DNA of 64,000 nt, from the NCBI GenBank assembly GCA_963713615.1, contig CAVQMM010000001.1, positions 2,752,001 through 2,816,000 on the forward strand. The letters are read 5' to 3'. How positions within the stretch are numbered: the first letter of the stretch is position 1; each line of letters opens with the position of its first letter. The stretch is from an uncultured Chlamydiae bacterium. Its GTDB lineage: Bacteria; Chlamydiota; Chlamydiia; Chlamydiales; JAJFMA01. Below are positions 9,007 through 18,402 of this stretch, piece after piece. Under the pieces are notes generated by a model. It was not told the origin of the DNA, made no database searches, and worked only from the letters and a program-made list of their open reading frames with translations. A program made the translations under genes and the position numbers.

Positions 9007-10593
9007 TCACACTACAGCCTCTTGCCCCTCTATTGCATCTTTACTGCTAGGGGCCAGAGCCGGTCTAGCTGGCGCTGCAGCAGCAACGCCTTTTTCAGTA
9101 AGTTCATTAAAACGTTTGCCCAGGGCATACACAGCAATAATCCACAAAACAATAACACCCAAAAGCCAAGCAGCAACATAAGGGGCACTGGCAACAATCG
9201 TAGAGCAGCAAAGCAGAAGCCCTTGATGAATCACCGAACCACCCGATTTACCCAAGCGAGAACATACACCATCAATAGCTGCCTTTCCCTTGAGCTTGCA
9301 TTCACTGCTGAGAGGAATAAAAGCGAGCTCCTTGGTTGCATCGAATACCGTGTATTTTGCACCTCGGCTAACACAATTCTGCATCGACCCTAAAAACACC
9401 ACCAATGCCGGTGTGCTAATTCCAGTCAACATGGGTAGCACAGCACACATTCCCTCTTTACAAAAGAAGAAATAGAAGAAAAGGATGCTTGTGAATAGCA
9501 ATGCTACAGGAGTGATCAAGGCCGTGAAGGTCCAGCCAAAACGTCGAATAAAATTCCCGGTCCCTACCAACGCAGTTAAAGTTGCTAGGACACCGATGAT
9601 CGCCATGACCCCGTTCATGTAGAAAGTGTAATCGTGGGCACTGGGATAGAGATCGCGCACCTGATGCTTCCAGACGACCTCGACAAGATTGATCACGATA
9701 TTGTAGCCCACGACAATGATAGCAAGGCACAAGAGATAAGGCGAACGCACCAAATAGGCAAAACTGTCACGCATGGACAGCTTACCGCGAATCCCTTGAT
9801 CCTCAATAGCCTTGTCAGCGTCGTAATACAAAGGATCGGTCAAGACACTGCAATGCATCCAACGAAATAGGCCCGCCACAACGATACCACTCATCAAGAT
9901 AAGACCAATCTGCAAAAACAACCAGCGATCCCCTTCAGGGATGAACGGCAATGGAATCTGCGAACCGTAACTAATGAGTGCCATAGAAGTCAGACCGGCC
10001 ACGGTACCAGATAGGTTAGCTCCGAGGCCAAAGAGACCATAAAAGCGTTTAGCTTCCTCAATACGTGTAATCTGGTTAGCAAAGCCCCAAAAGAGCGTAA
10101 ATACAATGATAGCGCTCCACAACTCCGCCATGACATAGAAGCTGGTAAAGGTCCAATAGCGACACATGGAGATGAACCCACCCAATCCCAAAGGCAGCCG
10201 CTCCTGCAACCAGTCGGCGAGAACATGAGCATGAAAGTGCTCACGGAAGGGATATAGAATGGTGACAAACAACAAGAAAAAGCCTAGGAAGAGTGCCATC
10301 ATGATGTAAAAGACGATCTCGCGTGACCAACGATTGGCTAAGCGAGTGTAGACGAAGGTCAAGACGACAGCCATGGGAAACATGACCCATACCTTGATGA
10401 AGGGAATCACTTCCGCTCCCGACGACTTCGCCGTAACGATGAGGGAATCCTTCATGGTACGTAGAACATTATAATTGAAAGATATGAAGAAAAAGATAAG
10501 AAGCATTGGTACTAGCTTCTTAAGCTCAAAGCGATGGATTGGCCATAAGAACCCTCTCCATCTTCCAAATTCTGGGTGAACAGGCTGTGACAT
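9007..10593 (-). CDS. TLC family nucleotide transporter, chlamydial NTT3-like
   Basis: LWPIHRFELKKLVPM, FIKVW, ELW, LVEVVWK and GKSGG; resembles Protochlamydia NTT3 from memory; lies downstream of pgk. Confidence 0.9.
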   Translation of the reverse strand: MSQPVHPEFGRWRGFLWPIHRFELKKLVPMLLIFFFISFNYNVLRTMKDSLIVTAKSSGAEVIPFIKVWVMFPMAVVLTFVYTRLANRWSREIVFYIMMALFLGFFLLFVTILYPFREHFHAHVLADWLQERLPLGLGGFISMCRYWTFTSFYVMAELWSAIIVFTLFWGFANQITRIEEAKRFYGLFGLGANLSGTVAGLTSMALISYGSQIPLPFIPEGDRWLFLQIGLILMSGIVVAGLFRWMHCSVLTDPLYYDADKAIEDQGIRGKLSMRDSFAYLVRSPYLLCLAIIVVGYNIVINLVEVVWKHQVRDLYPSAHDYTFYMNGVMAIIGVLATLTALVGTGNFIRRFGWTFTALITPVALLFTSILFFYFFFCKEGMCAVLPMLTGISTPALVVFLGSMQNCVSRGAKYTVFDATKELAFIPLSSECKLKGKAAIDGVCSRLGKSGGSVIHQGLLLCCSTIVASAPYVAAWLLGVIVLWIIAVYALGKRFNELTEKGVAAAAPARPALAPSSKDAIEGQEAVV

Positions 10594-10744
10594 CTATCTC
10601 CTAGCCTTTCAGCATAGCCATCCTGGCCTGCCATGTGGCTTGTTTAGAGACAATTACCCATGCTCGTTAACTAACTCGCGTGTTGCCCGCGAGTTGTACC
10701 CATGAAATTCAACTAAGTGCAACACAAAGCGCGTTGAGGCACGT

Positions 10745-10773
10745 ATTGTACCACGAAGTTTAGATGAAGTCAA
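10745..10773 (-). promoter_or_regulatory. sigma70/sigma66-type promoter for the ntt cluster
   Basis: Minus strand TTGACT-17 nt-TACAAT with TG extended -10, about 150 nt upstream of the ATG at 10593. Confidence 0.6.
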
Positions 10774-10832
10774 GCAACGGAAGATCAATGCCTCCTTGTG
10801 TTATGACGATTTTTTGACGCTAGGCTTGGAGC

Positions 10833-12062
10833 CTATCTACCGAGAGAAACCTTCTTAGGGGCATCTGAAAGGGCATCAATACCTGGTAATGTTCCATACT
10901 CTATGTATTCCAGTGTAGCTCCCCCACCGGTCGACAGATGTGAGAACTTGCTGCCTAATCCTAACCCTTGCACTGCAGCTATCGAATCCCCACCACCCAC
11001 TATTGTAGTGGCCTTTAACTCAGCTAACACTTGCGCTATGGCCTCGGTGCCACGCGCAAACTGAGGCAGTTCAAAGACTCCCATAGGCCCATTCCACAAT
11101 ACACTGTGCGCAGCCTTAAGCTCGCGCGCATAGAGGTCGATGGTCTGTGGTCCAATATCTACCCCCATCAAGCCTTCTGGAATCCCCTCTTGCAGGCTTA
11201 CCACACGATTAGCAGAGGCTCCTTCATCCAGTGTGGCTACCACTACAACATCTAAAGGCAGCCAGATCTTAACCCCGGCTTTTTGAGCTTCGGCTAAAAC
11301 TACCTTAGCTTTGGGTATGAGATCTTCTTCGAAGAGCGAGCTTCCGATAGATTTGCCTTGCGCCTTAAAAAACGTAAAAGCCATGGCTCCGCCCAAGAAA
11401 ATGGCGTCAGCCTTTTTAATAAGACTTTTTAGAACCCCAAGCTTCGTGGAAATCTTCTTGCCCCCCACGATAGCAAAGAAAGGGCGCTGGGGAGTTTCCA
11501 TATGCTCGCCGAGGTATTGCATCTCTTTCTGCAACAAAAAGCCCGCAGCGGCGCGACCAGGAAAATACCGCGTCACCCCGACGATGGAGCTATGAGCTCG
11601 ATGAGCTGTTCCAAAGGCATCGTCGACGTAAAAATCACCTAACCGCGCCAGCTTTTCAGCAAAGGAAGGATCCTTTTCCGGTTCCTCCTCGGCAGCGTGA
11701 AAGCGTAGATTTTCTAATAAAAGCACCTCACCAGGCTTCAGGCCTTTGGCCAGATTCTCCACCTCTGGACCTATACAGTCTGATGCTAGTAAAACAGGTT
11801 TTTTAAGAAGGTCAGAGAGTCTTTTTCCACAAGGAACCAGCGAAAACTCCTTCTGACGCTTCCCTTTAGGACGTCCCAGATGACTCATAAGAATGACCGA
11901 GCCTCCTTGATCCAATACATAACGTATTGATGGCAAGGAAGCCTCAATGCGAGTGTCATCGGTGATATTTGCGTTATTATCCAGTGGAACGTTAAAGTCG
12001 ACTCGCATGAGAACCTTCTTCCCCGTGAGAGGAAGATCTTGCAGGGAGAGCTTGTTCACCAT
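10833..12062 (-). CDS. pgk: phosphoglycerate kinase
   Basis: RVDFNVP, SHLGRPKG, LENLRFH, DAFGTAHRAH, WNGPMGVFE, GGGDS, STGGGA; start moved to MVNKLSL (12062). Confidence 0.97.
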   Translation of the reverse strand: MVNKLSLQDLPLTGKKVLMRVDFNVPLDNNANITDDTRIEASLPSIRYVLDQGGSVILMSHLGRPKGKRQKEFSLVPCGKRLSDLLKKPVLLASDCIGPEVENLAKGLKPGEVLLLENLRFHAAEEEPEKDPSFAEKLARLGDFYVDDAFGTAHRAHSSIVGVTRYFPGRAAAGFLLQKEMQYLGEHMETPQRPFFAIVGGKKISTKLGVLKSLIKKADAIFLGGAMAFTFFKAQGKSIGSSLFEEDLIPKAKVVLAEAQKAGVKIWLPLDVVVVATLDEGASANRVVSLQEGIPEGLMGVDIGPQTIDLYARELKAAHSVLWNGPMGVFELPQFARGTEAIAQVLAELKATTIVGGGDSIAAVQGLGLGSKFSHLSTGGGATLEYIEYGTLPGIDALSDAPKKVSLGR

Positions 12063-12111
12063 AAAAACCTCATCAAAAAGGCCTTGGAGACGATGCCTCG
12101 AAGAATATCGA

Positions 12112-12140
12112 ATCATAGGATTGACTGTTTGCAAAGTCAA
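12112..12140 (-). promoter_or_regulatory. sigma70-type promoter for pgk
   Basis: Minus strand TTGACT-17 nt-TATGAT, about 50 nt upstream of the pgk ATG. Confidence 0.5.
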
Positions 12141-12151
12141 GGAAAAGCGCA

Positions 12152-12763
12152 ATGAATAAATCAGCTTCGACCTTACGCAGAGACGAACTATCCTCAAATC
12201 CGTTCGACCAGCTGTCTATTTGGCTGCAGGAGGCCCTGGATGCATATAGTGCCGAGCCCACGGCGATGGTGTTAGCGACCGCCACGAAAACCGGTATGCC
12301 TTCAACGCGTACGGTGTTGCTGAAGCGATTGGATACGGGCTTGGTTTTTTTCACCCATTACACCAGTCGCAAAAGCCGTGAATTGGAGGCAAATCCGCAC
12401 GCCTCCGTCGTATTTTTATGGAAGGAACTAGACCGGCAGGTCATCGTCGAAGGCGTAGCCACAAAAGTATCGGAAGAAGAGTCCGATACCTATTTTGCTT
12501 TACGAGCGCGTGGCAGTCAGATTGGATGCTGGACATCAAAACAAGGCAGCGTAGTGGAGTCACGACAGGCTCTCGATGACGCCTATGATAAGACAGAAAA
12601 GCGCTTTGAAGGACAAGACATACCCCGACCTCCTCACTGGGGAGGATGGCGTCTGACGCCTACGCGTTTTGAGTTTTGGCAGGGACGTCAGTACCGCTTA
12701 CATGATCGCTTTCAATATTTGCCTGAAGGTGAAGGCTGGTTGATCGAGCGACTATCGCCATAA
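12152..12763 (+). CDS. pdxH: pyridoxamine 5'-phosphate oxidase
   Basis: RTVLLK, FFTHYTSRKS, RQVIVEG, PRPPHWGG, EFWQGRQYRLHDR. Confidence 0.95.
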   Translation: MNKSASTLRRDELSSNPFDQLSIWLQEALDAYSAEPTAMVLATATKTGMPSTRTVLLKRLDTGLVFFTHYTSRKSRELEANPHASVVFLWKELDRQVIVEGVATKVSEEESDTYFALRARGSQIGCWTSKQGSVVESRQALDDAYDKTEKRFEGQDIPRPPHWGGWRLTPTRFEFWQGRQYRLHDRFQYLPEGEGWLIERLSP

Positions 12764-12773
12764 AAAAAATCAC

Positions 12774-13609
12774 TTGAGGTTAGATAATATCTCACCTGCC
12801 CGAGCAAAATTTACGAGTTATTTGAAAGAGATTCTCTCCAGCACACCTCATCGCAAAAAATTGGCCCAGGATCGCACTCTGGAAAATATTGTAGAAGGTG
12901 TAAATCCTGCGGCGTTTTTACTACCTGACGTAGACACTAGCGTAGAAGAGGTGATCGACAGCTGCGGAAAGATCTATTACCTTGGAGTTTCTAAGATAAA
13001 CTCTTATCTCACCGATAGGCTAGCGGCCTATGTTAAGACTCCCACAGAATGGCTACAGCTAAAATCACAAATTTTAGATCAGCCTGAAGGGATATTATTT
13101 CAAGGACAAAACGTTCTTACATTTGACCTGCTGACTATTTTTGATTTCATTCGTCGTAAAATTCAGTTCAAAAAGGAATTTTATCCTAAAACTGATGCTC
13201 AACAAGCATATCTGTAGAAGGATTGGCGTGGCTGCTTAGACGAATCAACCCTCAAAGTACGATTCTCAATTTATCAGGTAGTGCCCTCTCCGATATCAAT
13301 CTTTTAGGGCCTTTTCAGGATTTAGAGGTTCTTATCTTGAATCGATGCGACCGCCTCTCTCACTTAAACAACCTTCTAGACATGTTCCCAAGGCTACGCG
13401 TAATAGACCTGTCTGACAGTCGAAGTGTTTCATGGAATTGTTGGGAAGTCGGGATTAGCAAACATCTAACGCATCTTAACCTCAAAAATACAGCCTGGCA
13501 GTCTCAAATGAATCTATTGCAACAATTTACTCGCCTCGTATGGCTTAATGTTGAGGGCTGCCCTCTTTGTCAAACTTTGAAGCTGGAAGGGGTAACAATC
13601 GTTAAATAG
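12774..13609 (+). pseudogene. leucine-rich-repeat protein, apparently split into two ORFs (12774-13217, 13223-13609)
   Basis: Second ORF has LxxLxLxxC LRR units (LEVLILNRCDRL, LRVIDLSDS, LTHLNLKNT, LVWLNVEGC); its frame is open from 13196, overlapping the end of ORF1. Confidence 0.5.
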
Positions 13610-13637
13610 ACGCTCCTACACCATTCCAAACAACTCT

Positions 13638-14387
13638 TCATAGATCAGCAAAAGGGTTCGCTGCTTGCGTGAAGGTATTGCCTTTTCTGCGACGTTTGAT
13701 CTCTGAACGTATTGAGAAGAGCAAATCTTGATCAAAATTCTTATTGGCCATCCACAGGAGATACTCCAACGGAATTTCCTTCATGAAGCGTCCCTTATGC
13801 TTGCCAAGAGGCATGGTCTTCATAAGAATTGGCTTCGAGAGCACTTCCAAGAGGTGCTTGGTGCTATGATAGTTACGGGCCAGGTATTGAAAAACTTCGA
13901 TGTTGACTAAAGCATCACTCATAGCCCGATGTGTCCCCTGCTCGGGAATATGAAAGTGCTGCCTAAGCTGATCTAGGGAATTAATCGGGCTTTCTCCATA
14001 GAGACGAGCCATCCTCAATGTATCAATGGCTATATTATTCTCTAACGTACAGGGAATGCCTGCCCGCTTAGCGTCTCGAACTACTAAAGCAATGTCAAAA
14101 GGCACGCCATGACCGATGATGATATGTTTTCCGATGCGCTTAAGAAGCTCTGGAAGCACAGCTGCAATTTTGGGTTTCCCTTGAACCATATCCTGAGTGA
14201 TCTTATGAAAAGCTATACTCGATTCCGGGATCTCACACTCTGGGTCGATTAATGTTTCAAAAGTCTCTAGGATTTCTTTGCCCCTAAAACGAACGAAGGA
14301 AATCTCTATAATCTGATCTTTCTCAAACTCTAGACCAGTCATCTCACAGTCGATGCACACAAACTCGTCTTGATCAATTCGTCCCAT
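13638..14387 (-). CDS. dnaQ: DEDDh 3'-5' exonuclease (DNA Pol III epsilon-like) with C-terminal DUF3820-like tail
   Basis: CIDCEMTG, GHGVPFD, HRAMSDA; tail MPLGKHKG..IPLEYLLW; start moved to MGRIDQD. Confidence 0.85.
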   Translation of the reverse strand: MGRIDQDEFVCIDCEMTGLEFEKDQIIEISFVRFRGKEILETFETLIDPECEIPESSIAFHKITQDMVQGKPKIAAVLPELLKRIGKHIIIGHGVPFDIALVVRDAKRAGIPCTLENNIAIDTLRMARLYGESPINSLDQLRQHFHIPEQGTHRAMSDALVNIEVFQYLARNYHSTKHLLEVLSKPILMKTMPLGKHKGRFMKEIPLEYLLWMANKNFDQDLLFSIRSEIKRRRKGNTFTQAANPFADL

Positions 14388-14392
14388 TGTGA

Positions 14393-15037
14393 TCACTGCT
14401 CCTGTGAGAGTTCTAGGTTTAATGAACGCGCGTGCTGAATGGCTCCGATGAGCTCGCGGCGTCCTACATTTTTTGTGACCGAATAGGCCACGGTACCATG
14501 GATGGCATCCGGTGGAAACTGCGTGATGATTTTGCGAATACTCGCTTGACATTCGTTATTGGTTACTTTGTCGACTTTAGTGAGTACCAGAACAAGCCTT
14601 TTCTGTGCGGCATACACCCAGTCTACAAACTGCTTATCCTCGTCATTAGGCTCTCGCCGAATATCGATAAGAAATAAAATAAGCTCTAGTGAGGGTCGCG
14701 ATTCAAGATACCCCTGAACCATTGGCCCCCATTCTGCACGTGTTTTTGGGGGTACCTTAGCATAGCCATAGCCTGGAAGGTCGGCAAAAACAAGTTGTTC
14801 ATCAACGGAAAAGAAATTCAAAAGCTGAGTTTTGCCAGGTGTGGAGGAGGTTTTTGCTAGTCCCTTAGTACCGAACAAATGATTGATTAAGCTCGATTTA
14901 CCAACATTAGAACGTCCCGCCACAGCAATTTCTGGCAGCAGCTTCCCTCGAGGATCTTTTAGGATAGGATATTGTTCGGGTCGCACGGCGCTTTTGATGA
15001 AGCGGCAATGGGCAAATACAAGTTTTGACTTAGACAT
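14393..15037 (-). CDS. engB: ribosome biogenesis GTPase YihA/EngB
   Basis: GRSNVGKSS, TPGKT, DLPGYGYA, TKVDK. Confidence 0.95.
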   Translation of the reverse strand: MSKSKLVFAHCRFIKSAVRPEQYPILKDPRGKLLPEIAVAGRSNVGKSSLINHLFGTKGLAKTSSTPGKTQLLNFFSVDEQLVFADLPGYGYAKVPPKTRAEWGPMVQGYLESRPSLELILFLIDIRREPNDEDKQFVDWVYAAQKRLVLVLTKVDKVTNNECQASIRKIITQFPPDAIHGTVAYSVTKNVGRRELIGAIQHARSLNLELSQEQ

Positions 15038-15479
15038 CTGTTACTCCCGGCAAGACAAGCCCTCGGCTATCGATAGTGATTAGGCGCTGGGTTTCACCAC
15101 AGGCCTCCAGCGAGATACGAATTGCCTCTTCTGGGATCAGGGCACCTATACGTTCAGGCCATTCCATACAGCAGATGCCTCCAGCGGTAAAATATTCGTC
15201 AAAACCCATACTTAGAAATTCGTCGATATCGCGCAGACGATAGAGATCGAAATGATAAATGACTTTGGGGCCCTGGTAAATATTTAGATAAACAAATGTT
15301 GGGCTGCTTACCTCATGGTGTGCAAGGCCTGTGGCCCCTGCGACAATACCTTTTACAAGCTGTGTTTTTCCCGCGCCCAAGTGCCCGGCAAGGCTTACAA
15401 TGCTGTTGGTCGGGAGGGCAATGCCCAAACGCTTGCCAAGGGCTAGCGTTTGATCCAGGCTGTATGCTGTATATCTCAT
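15030..15479 (-). CDS. tsaE: tRNA threonylcarbamoyladenosine biosynthesis ATPase
   Basis: GHLGAGKT, SSPTF, HFDLYRL, EW. Confidence 0.95.
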   Translation of the reverse strand: MRYTAYSLDQTLALGKRLGIALPTNSIVSLAGHLGAGKTQLVKGIVAGATGLAHHEVSSPTFVYLNIYQGPKVIYHFDLYRLRDIDEFLSMGFDEYFTAGGICCMEWPERIGALIPEEAIRISLEACGETQRLITIDSRGLVLPGVTDV

Positions 15480-15497
15480 GGTGAAGGGAGGCCGGCG

Positions 15498-16226
15498 TTA
15501 ATCGGCCTCTACCCACTGCTCGACGTAGGGCAAGAATTCTTCATATTCAGCCATAGCTTCCACAAAAGCAGTGATCTTATCTTCGTTCAACTGCTGCTTG
15601 AGGAAAGCCAAGAAGTGCTCTTCAATGCCATAACGGTTTTGGTTCTGCACCTCGTCAAGTGTCATCTTTTTGAGGTAATTCTTTTTAAAATCCTGAACAA
15701 CGCTCTCTTTGCTGTTGAAAAGCTTGCCACTCATAACCGATGAATAAACAACCTTACTGACAGGTGTCTTAGGAGGCTTTTTCATCATGTAGTTTCTAAT
15801 GACCTCGGGATCTTCCGACACAAAAAAGCGCTTCACGCGAAGACCTCCGACCCGCTCGGTATTCTCAGGGCAGGTCGATACCCAGTCGTAGATGGCATCT
15901 TGTGGATTGGGATGGGTATTATCGCCAAAGACTTTCCCAGTCCAAGGACAAATGTAGATCTTTTTGGTCTGCTCGTTGACGCTACGGGTATCGGTACCAA
16001 TCTTGATTTCGGTCTCGTGCCATAGCTTGCCTTCTTTTTCTAATAGACGAGCTGCATCTTCAACGCTTTGATAGATGGTTTTCCCCTTAGAATAGAGCAC
16101 AGGCTCCATGCCAAAGCGGTGTTGGACAAAGAAAAGGTAAGTACTGGCCAGTTCCGCCGGACGATTGTCGTCCAGAAACTCTAAGATGGCCTTTCTTTCA
16201 TCCTCAGAAAAGACAAACTTTGACAT
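15498..16226 (-). CDS. conserved chlamydial protein (DUF2709/CT538-like)
   Basis: KIYICPWTGKVFGDNTHPNPQDAIYDWVS..CPEN motif; syntenic with tsaE and dnaQ as in Chlamydia; start placed at MSKFVF. Confidence 0.75.
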   Translation of the reverse strand: MSKFVFSEDERKAILEFLDDNRPAELASTYLFFVQHRFGMEPVLYSKGKTIYQSVEDAARLLEKEGKLWHETEIKIGTDTRSVNEQTKKIYICPWTGKVFGDNTHPNPQDAIYDWVSTCPENTERVGGLRVKRFFVSEDPEVIRNYMMKKPPKTPVSKVVYSSVMSGKLFNSKESVVQDFKKNYLKKMTLDEVQNQNRYGIEEHFLAFLKQQLNEDKITAFVEAMAEYEEFLPYVEQWVEAD

Positions 16227-16399
16227 TGTTACCTCACTGGTAGGCCAAGAAGCGGTTAACATTGCTTTTTCAACCTTACCGACCATCGTTCAACAGATTA
16301 TAATTTAAACAGATACGCGATTTTACCTTAAAATCAACTTTGGAATCAAGTCTTTTTTCAGGCAGATGAGAGAGGGAGGGGAGGGGGCGATTGAGAGAA

Positions 16400-16635
16400 A
16401 GAGGATTAGGATTAGGATTGGGATTTTACCACAGAGGACACAGAGACGCCGAGATAGGAGAGAGAGGATTAGGAAAGAATGTTCAGTTACTGTTGGCTCT
16501 GGACAAAATCTGTCTAAGGACTTTACCAAAACGACAACCTCTCAAGAAGCCCTTAGGCAGATTTTGTCTAAGGCCCCACAGACGACACATTCTCTCCTAA
16601 ATCCTCTCTCTCCTATCTCGGCGTCTCTGTGTCCT
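16400..16635. repeat. REP-like long hairpin (accacagag-type) whose right arm is interrupted by IS110
   Basis: Left arm ttttaccacagaggacacagagacgccgagataggagagagagga; right arm tcctctctctcctatctcggcgtctctgtgtcct, completed by ctgtggtaaaatcctaatcct at 18569; intact relative at 35620-35770. Confidence 0.85.
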
Positions 16636-16844
16636 CCTAAATAACATTTTTGAGGGGCCAGCGTCAGAAAGGAGACATGAGGGAACATCACGCAAAGTTG
16701 GCAAAGTTTTTTCTGCTGTTTGCGTCTATAGAGCAGTCAGAAGTTTTTTTTAATTCATGATCGGGATCCCTAAATTTATATGAGCATCTTCTAACCGTAA
16801 TCAAATATGCAAGTGTCATATTTTGCCCTTCCAACTTAAAGGAA

Positions 16845-16960
16845 TGGGACCACTCTCCTAAACGGGATAGCTAAAGCTTCACCAATGATAATGTCGACGA
16901 CTTGCTGGACCAAACTCTGTGACGGGCAATAATGCACCAACGTTTTAACGGCCTCTAGGA
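16845..16960 (-). ncRNA. putative bridge/seek RNA (target-binding loop followed by donor-binding loop)
   Basis: Minus strand gaggCCGTtaaaacgtTGG-hairpin-CCCGT-CACAGAG-ttTGG then ...TGG-hairpin-CCCG-TTTAGGAG-agTGG; CACAGAG is the reverse complement of target CT-CTGTG, TTTAGGAG of donor CT-CCTAAA. Confidence 0.7.
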
Positions 16961-17023
16961 TTGATTCGGTTGATTGCTCGCTTCTTGTATTCATCACTAT
17001 GCTAGATATCTAAAAGTTCAACA

Positions 17024-18402
17024 TTATCCATTGGCGACAAGCTTATAACCCATCTCCCTTGCTTGTTTTTGTATACGGTTGAGGTTTTTTTGCCGCTGCT
17101 CTTTTTCGAACTGCTCTGCTCCAAGTTCGTGATACTCTTTTTGATATTTCAGCATATGATAAATGATTCTGGCTAGTTTGTGAGCCGTTGCTGTAATGGC
17201 TTTTGGTGCTCCAAGTTTAGCCCTCATACGACGGTAATAGGCTCCTAGATAACTATCCGAAAAGGTAAGCGAATAAGCTGCCATACGTAATGCTTCCTTA
17301 ACCCGATTTTTACTTGCCTTTGTCCTTCCACTGAGTACCTTTCCGCCAGATACCTTATTACCAGGACAAATCGCCATCCACGAGCTAAAGTGTTTTTTGG
17401 TTTGCCATTTACTCATGTCAGTACCTATCTCTGACAATACCTTGGCAACAGTGTTTTCATTGAGACCTGGGACTTGACAAAGATCAACTCCCGCCCAAGA
17501 ATGCAGCTGTTTTTGCATATCAAAGGAAAAAGGGCTTCGATTGTATGATCTTTTTATGCTCTTTTTTAATTTTGGCTTTTTTTCATCAGGCTTTATTCTA
17601 TCCACCTTTTCAAAACTATTAATTACTTGCTTAATCTTTTCCTCACATCTGATTGCTTGCTCATGAAAGAACTTATAAGCTTCCCAGGCCTGTCCTAAAG
17701 CAAATAAATGTTCCTCGCGCCAGTTTCCTTCCAGAGCTTTAGCAATCTTTTCTTCACTTGATTTGCACCTTTCATCCCTTAGACGTGCCAACTGTGCAGG
17801 GTTGCGTTCTCCACCAAGAATTGCTTCGATTATAAGAGACCCTGTAAGACCAGAAATATCGCTCACAACCTGAGCGAGTTTAATATTGAGTTGTTGCAGC
17901 GCCTTGTGGGCATAGTTGAGTTGGTCCGCCGCTCGTTCAAAAAGAGCCTTTCGGTGACGCATATATGCCCTCAGCCTGACAACGTGATCCGCTGGCCTGA
18001 AAGATCCATTCAAAAGTCCGAAGGCATGCAAACGTTGAATCCACTTGGAGTCACAGACATCTGTTTTTCGGCCTGTTACATTTTTCATGTGATGCGCATT
18101 GACAAGATGAACACTAAAGCCTTCTTGTTCGAGCACCTCGAAGACGGGAATCCAATAGACGCCTGTAGACTCCATGGCAACAGTGTCTACACCGCATTTT
18201 TTTAACCAATGCGCCATCTGATGTAAGTCAGCGGTGAAGGCGACAAATTCGCGAACCTGCTCTGGGTCTCGACCGGCAGGAACACAGACAAACACACCTT
18301 CTGCTCCTACATCAATACCGCAAGCATTTGGATTGATGATTCTTAATCCTTCAGTATCGTTTTCTTTTGCTTTGGGGGCTTTTTTTGTGTAGACTTAGGC
18401 AT
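17024..18402 (-). CDS. IS110-family recombinase/transposase; N-terminus needs a -1 frameshift
   Basis: CGIDV, MESTGVYW, KTDVCDS (DEDD RuvC-like domain), C-terminal CPGNKVSGG; ATG at 18402 is out of frame with the main ORF across CAA AAA AAG. Confidence 0.9.

Noticed and set aside
12063..12197. Long N-terminal extension of pgk in the ORF track
   Set aside because: It overlaps pdxH and the promoter; homology begins at MVNKLSL
14388..14552. N-terminal extension of dnaQ
   Set aside because: It overlaps engB; the exonuclease motif starts right after MGRIDQD
16688..16819. 43-codon minus-strand ORF (MTLAYLITV...) inside the IS110 non-coding end
   Set aside because: It has an RBS-like sequence but no recognisable protein features, so it cannot be supported
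16880..16950. Apparent matches of the left guides to gtaaaa (target) and taacatt (donor)
   Set aside because: The matches are imperfect, AT-rich and on the wrong side of the CT core, so they are probably chance
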